Made by a program: the position numbers and the translations under genes. Below the pieces are notes generated by a model. It was given only the letters and a program-made list of their open reading frames with translations. It made no database searches and had not been told where the DNA came from. Below, piece by piece: positions 63,003 through 64,000 of a stretch of DNA of 64,000 bases. Numbering within the stretch: position 1 is the stretch's first letter; each line of letters starts with the position of its first letter. The stretch is from Candidatus Liptonbacteria bacterium (GTDB lineage Bacteria; Patescibacteriota; Minisyncoccia; UBA6257; 2-01-FULL-56-20), in assembly GCA_016204335.1 (NCBI GenBank), contig JACQKU010000008.1, positions 10,913-74,912 of the forward strand, read 5' to 3'.

Positions 63003-63917
63003 ATGCAATCTCCGAAAGTAAGTATTTTAATGGCAACATACAATCGTGCCGGTTTCATCGGCCCGGCGATTGAAAGTGTCAGAAAGCAGACACGTAAAGA
63101 TTGGGAATTGATTATCGCGGACGACGGTTCGAGCGACGCTACTTCGGAAGTCGTAAAAAGCTGGGAGAAAAAAGAATCTCGAATTGTCTACGCGCGGAGC
63201 GAGATAAATCAGGGCATTTCCAAAAACTACAACCGCGGCCTGCGGCTCGCGAAAGGGGAATACGTCGCGATGATTGACGACGACGACCCGTGGCTGGATG
63301 ACGGAAAGCTCGAAAAGCAGATTAAATTTCTGGACGGCAATCCCGATTACGTCGGCTGCGGCGGCGGAGTGATTGTGGTTGGTCCTTCGGCCGTCATTGC
63401 GAGCGAAGCCGAGTCAGACTCGGCGAAGCGAAGCAATCTCGGGATTGCTTCGTCGTTTGAAACTCCTCGCAATGACGTGAAAGAACTCTATCGTTATTTG
63501 AAACCAGAGAAAGACGAAGAAATCAGAAAATACATGCTTTTCTCGAATCCGATGGCGAACAGCACGACCGTTTTCAGGAAAGCCGCCGGCGAGAAAGTCG
63601 GCTGGTACGACGAATCGACGAGATACTCGGGCGACCGCGATTTCTGGCTCAAAATGGGGCTTGTCGGAAAGTTATACAACTTTCCGGAATACTTTTCCTA
63701 TTACACGATGAGCGACAGCAATACCTCCGTTCAAAAAATCAGGCCGCATCTCAAGGCGTCGCTGATGATTATGAAGCGGTACAAAGGAAAATATCCGGGC
63801 TATGTTTCCGCTCTTGCGTTCAACGAGCTCCAGTATTTTTATTCTTTTCTGCCGGAGAAAATCAGAAAGCCGATACACTTTGCTCTCGCTAGGATGAAGC
63901 GCCGGACATTAGGATAG
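63003..63917 (+). CDS. Family 2 glycosyltransferase carrying an in-frame palindromic-element insertion
   Basis: VSILMATYNRAGFIGPAIESVRKQT...LIIADDGSSDAT...IDDDD. Family A element at 63393-63476 encodes AVIASEAESDSAKRSNLGIASSFETPRND in frame. Confidence 0.8.
   Translation: MQSPKVSILMATYNRAGFIGPAIESVRKQTRKDWELIIADDGSSDATSEVVKSWEKKESRIVYARSEINQGISKNYNRGLRLAKGEYVAMIDDDDPWLDDGKLEKQIKFLDGNPDYVGCGGGVIVVGPSAVIASEAESDSAKRSNLGIASSFETPRNDVKELYRYLKPEKDEEIRKYMLFSNPMANSTTVFRKAAGEKVGWYDESTRYSGDRDFWLKMGLVGKLYNFPEYFSYYTMSDSNTSVQKIRPHLKASLMIMKRYKGKYPGYVSALAFNELQYFYSFLPEKIRKPIHFALARMKRRTLG
63393..63476. repeat. Palindromic element family A copy 3 (GTCATTGCGAGCGAAGC...CTCGCAATGAC), 84 nt, in-frame within GT2 CDS
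   Basis: Perfect 11-nt termini. Internal palindromes GCCGAGTCAGACTCGGC and GAAGCAATCTCGGGATTGCTTC. Confidence 0.6.
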
Positions 63918-64000
63918 CTTTCAGGTCTCTTAGCAAGGACTCACCGAGTATTTGAAGGAGGGCAATGTATACCGCCGAAGCGCCCATGAGAGCAAAAATC

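Noticed and set aside
1-64000. CRISPR array, rRNA genes, transposase, integrase or phage structural genes
   Set aside because: No regularly spaced identical direct repeats, no rRNA-like conserved stretches, and no ORF with recombinase/transposase/capsid signatures were seen. The repeat families present are short palindromic elements, not CRISPR repeats.

Overview
The window reads as a low-to-moderate GC, gene-dense bacterial chromosome segment with small proteins, both RNase J and RNase Y, and a YfhO-type membrane protein. That pattern is consistent with a Patescibacteria/CPR-like or similar reduced genome, but this is inference from sequence alone.

The first ~12 kb is housekeeping. It holds a partial RNase J gene, tRNA-Leu(CAG), a family-5 solute-binding protein, secG, a uvrC-like gene, a RelE/ParE plus RHH toxin-antitoxin pair, gpmI and rny.

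From ~12.5 kb to the end the window is one very large surface-glycan biosynthesis island:
- GDP-fucose synthesis: gmd, fcl and two further Fcl-family paralogs, a Gmm-like NUDIX and a GT10 fucosyltransferase.
- A GDP-heptose module: gmhA flanked by two hddA-like GHMP kinases, a HAD phosphatase and an hddC-like nucleotidyltransferase.
- A DegT aminotransferase plus a second gmd, consistent with GDP-perosamine-type synthesis.
- Two TylC3-like C-methyltransferases.
- A Zn-ADH plus IspD/TarI-like nucleotidyltransferases, possibly a CDP-polyol route.
- GT2, GT4 and CgeB-like glycosyltransferases, YfhO, and an ATP sulfurylase operon.

Three signals are not explained by ordinary annotation:
- Several families of short palindromic, TIR-bounded repeat elements. 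Some are inserted in-frame inside uvrC and a GT2 gene. Others form stop-TIR-spacer-TIR-ATG modules between cassette-like glycosylation genes, with the start codon of the downstream gene lying inside the repeat terminus.
- The TA pair sits between direct repeats of the gpmI 3' end.
- A tandem array of three HD-domain paralogs, one of which is a sharply GC-rich xenolog, follows a second C-methyltransferase in a long minus-strand operon that probably encodes an undescribed modified-sugar pathway.

No CRISPR array, rRNA, integrase or transposase was recognised.
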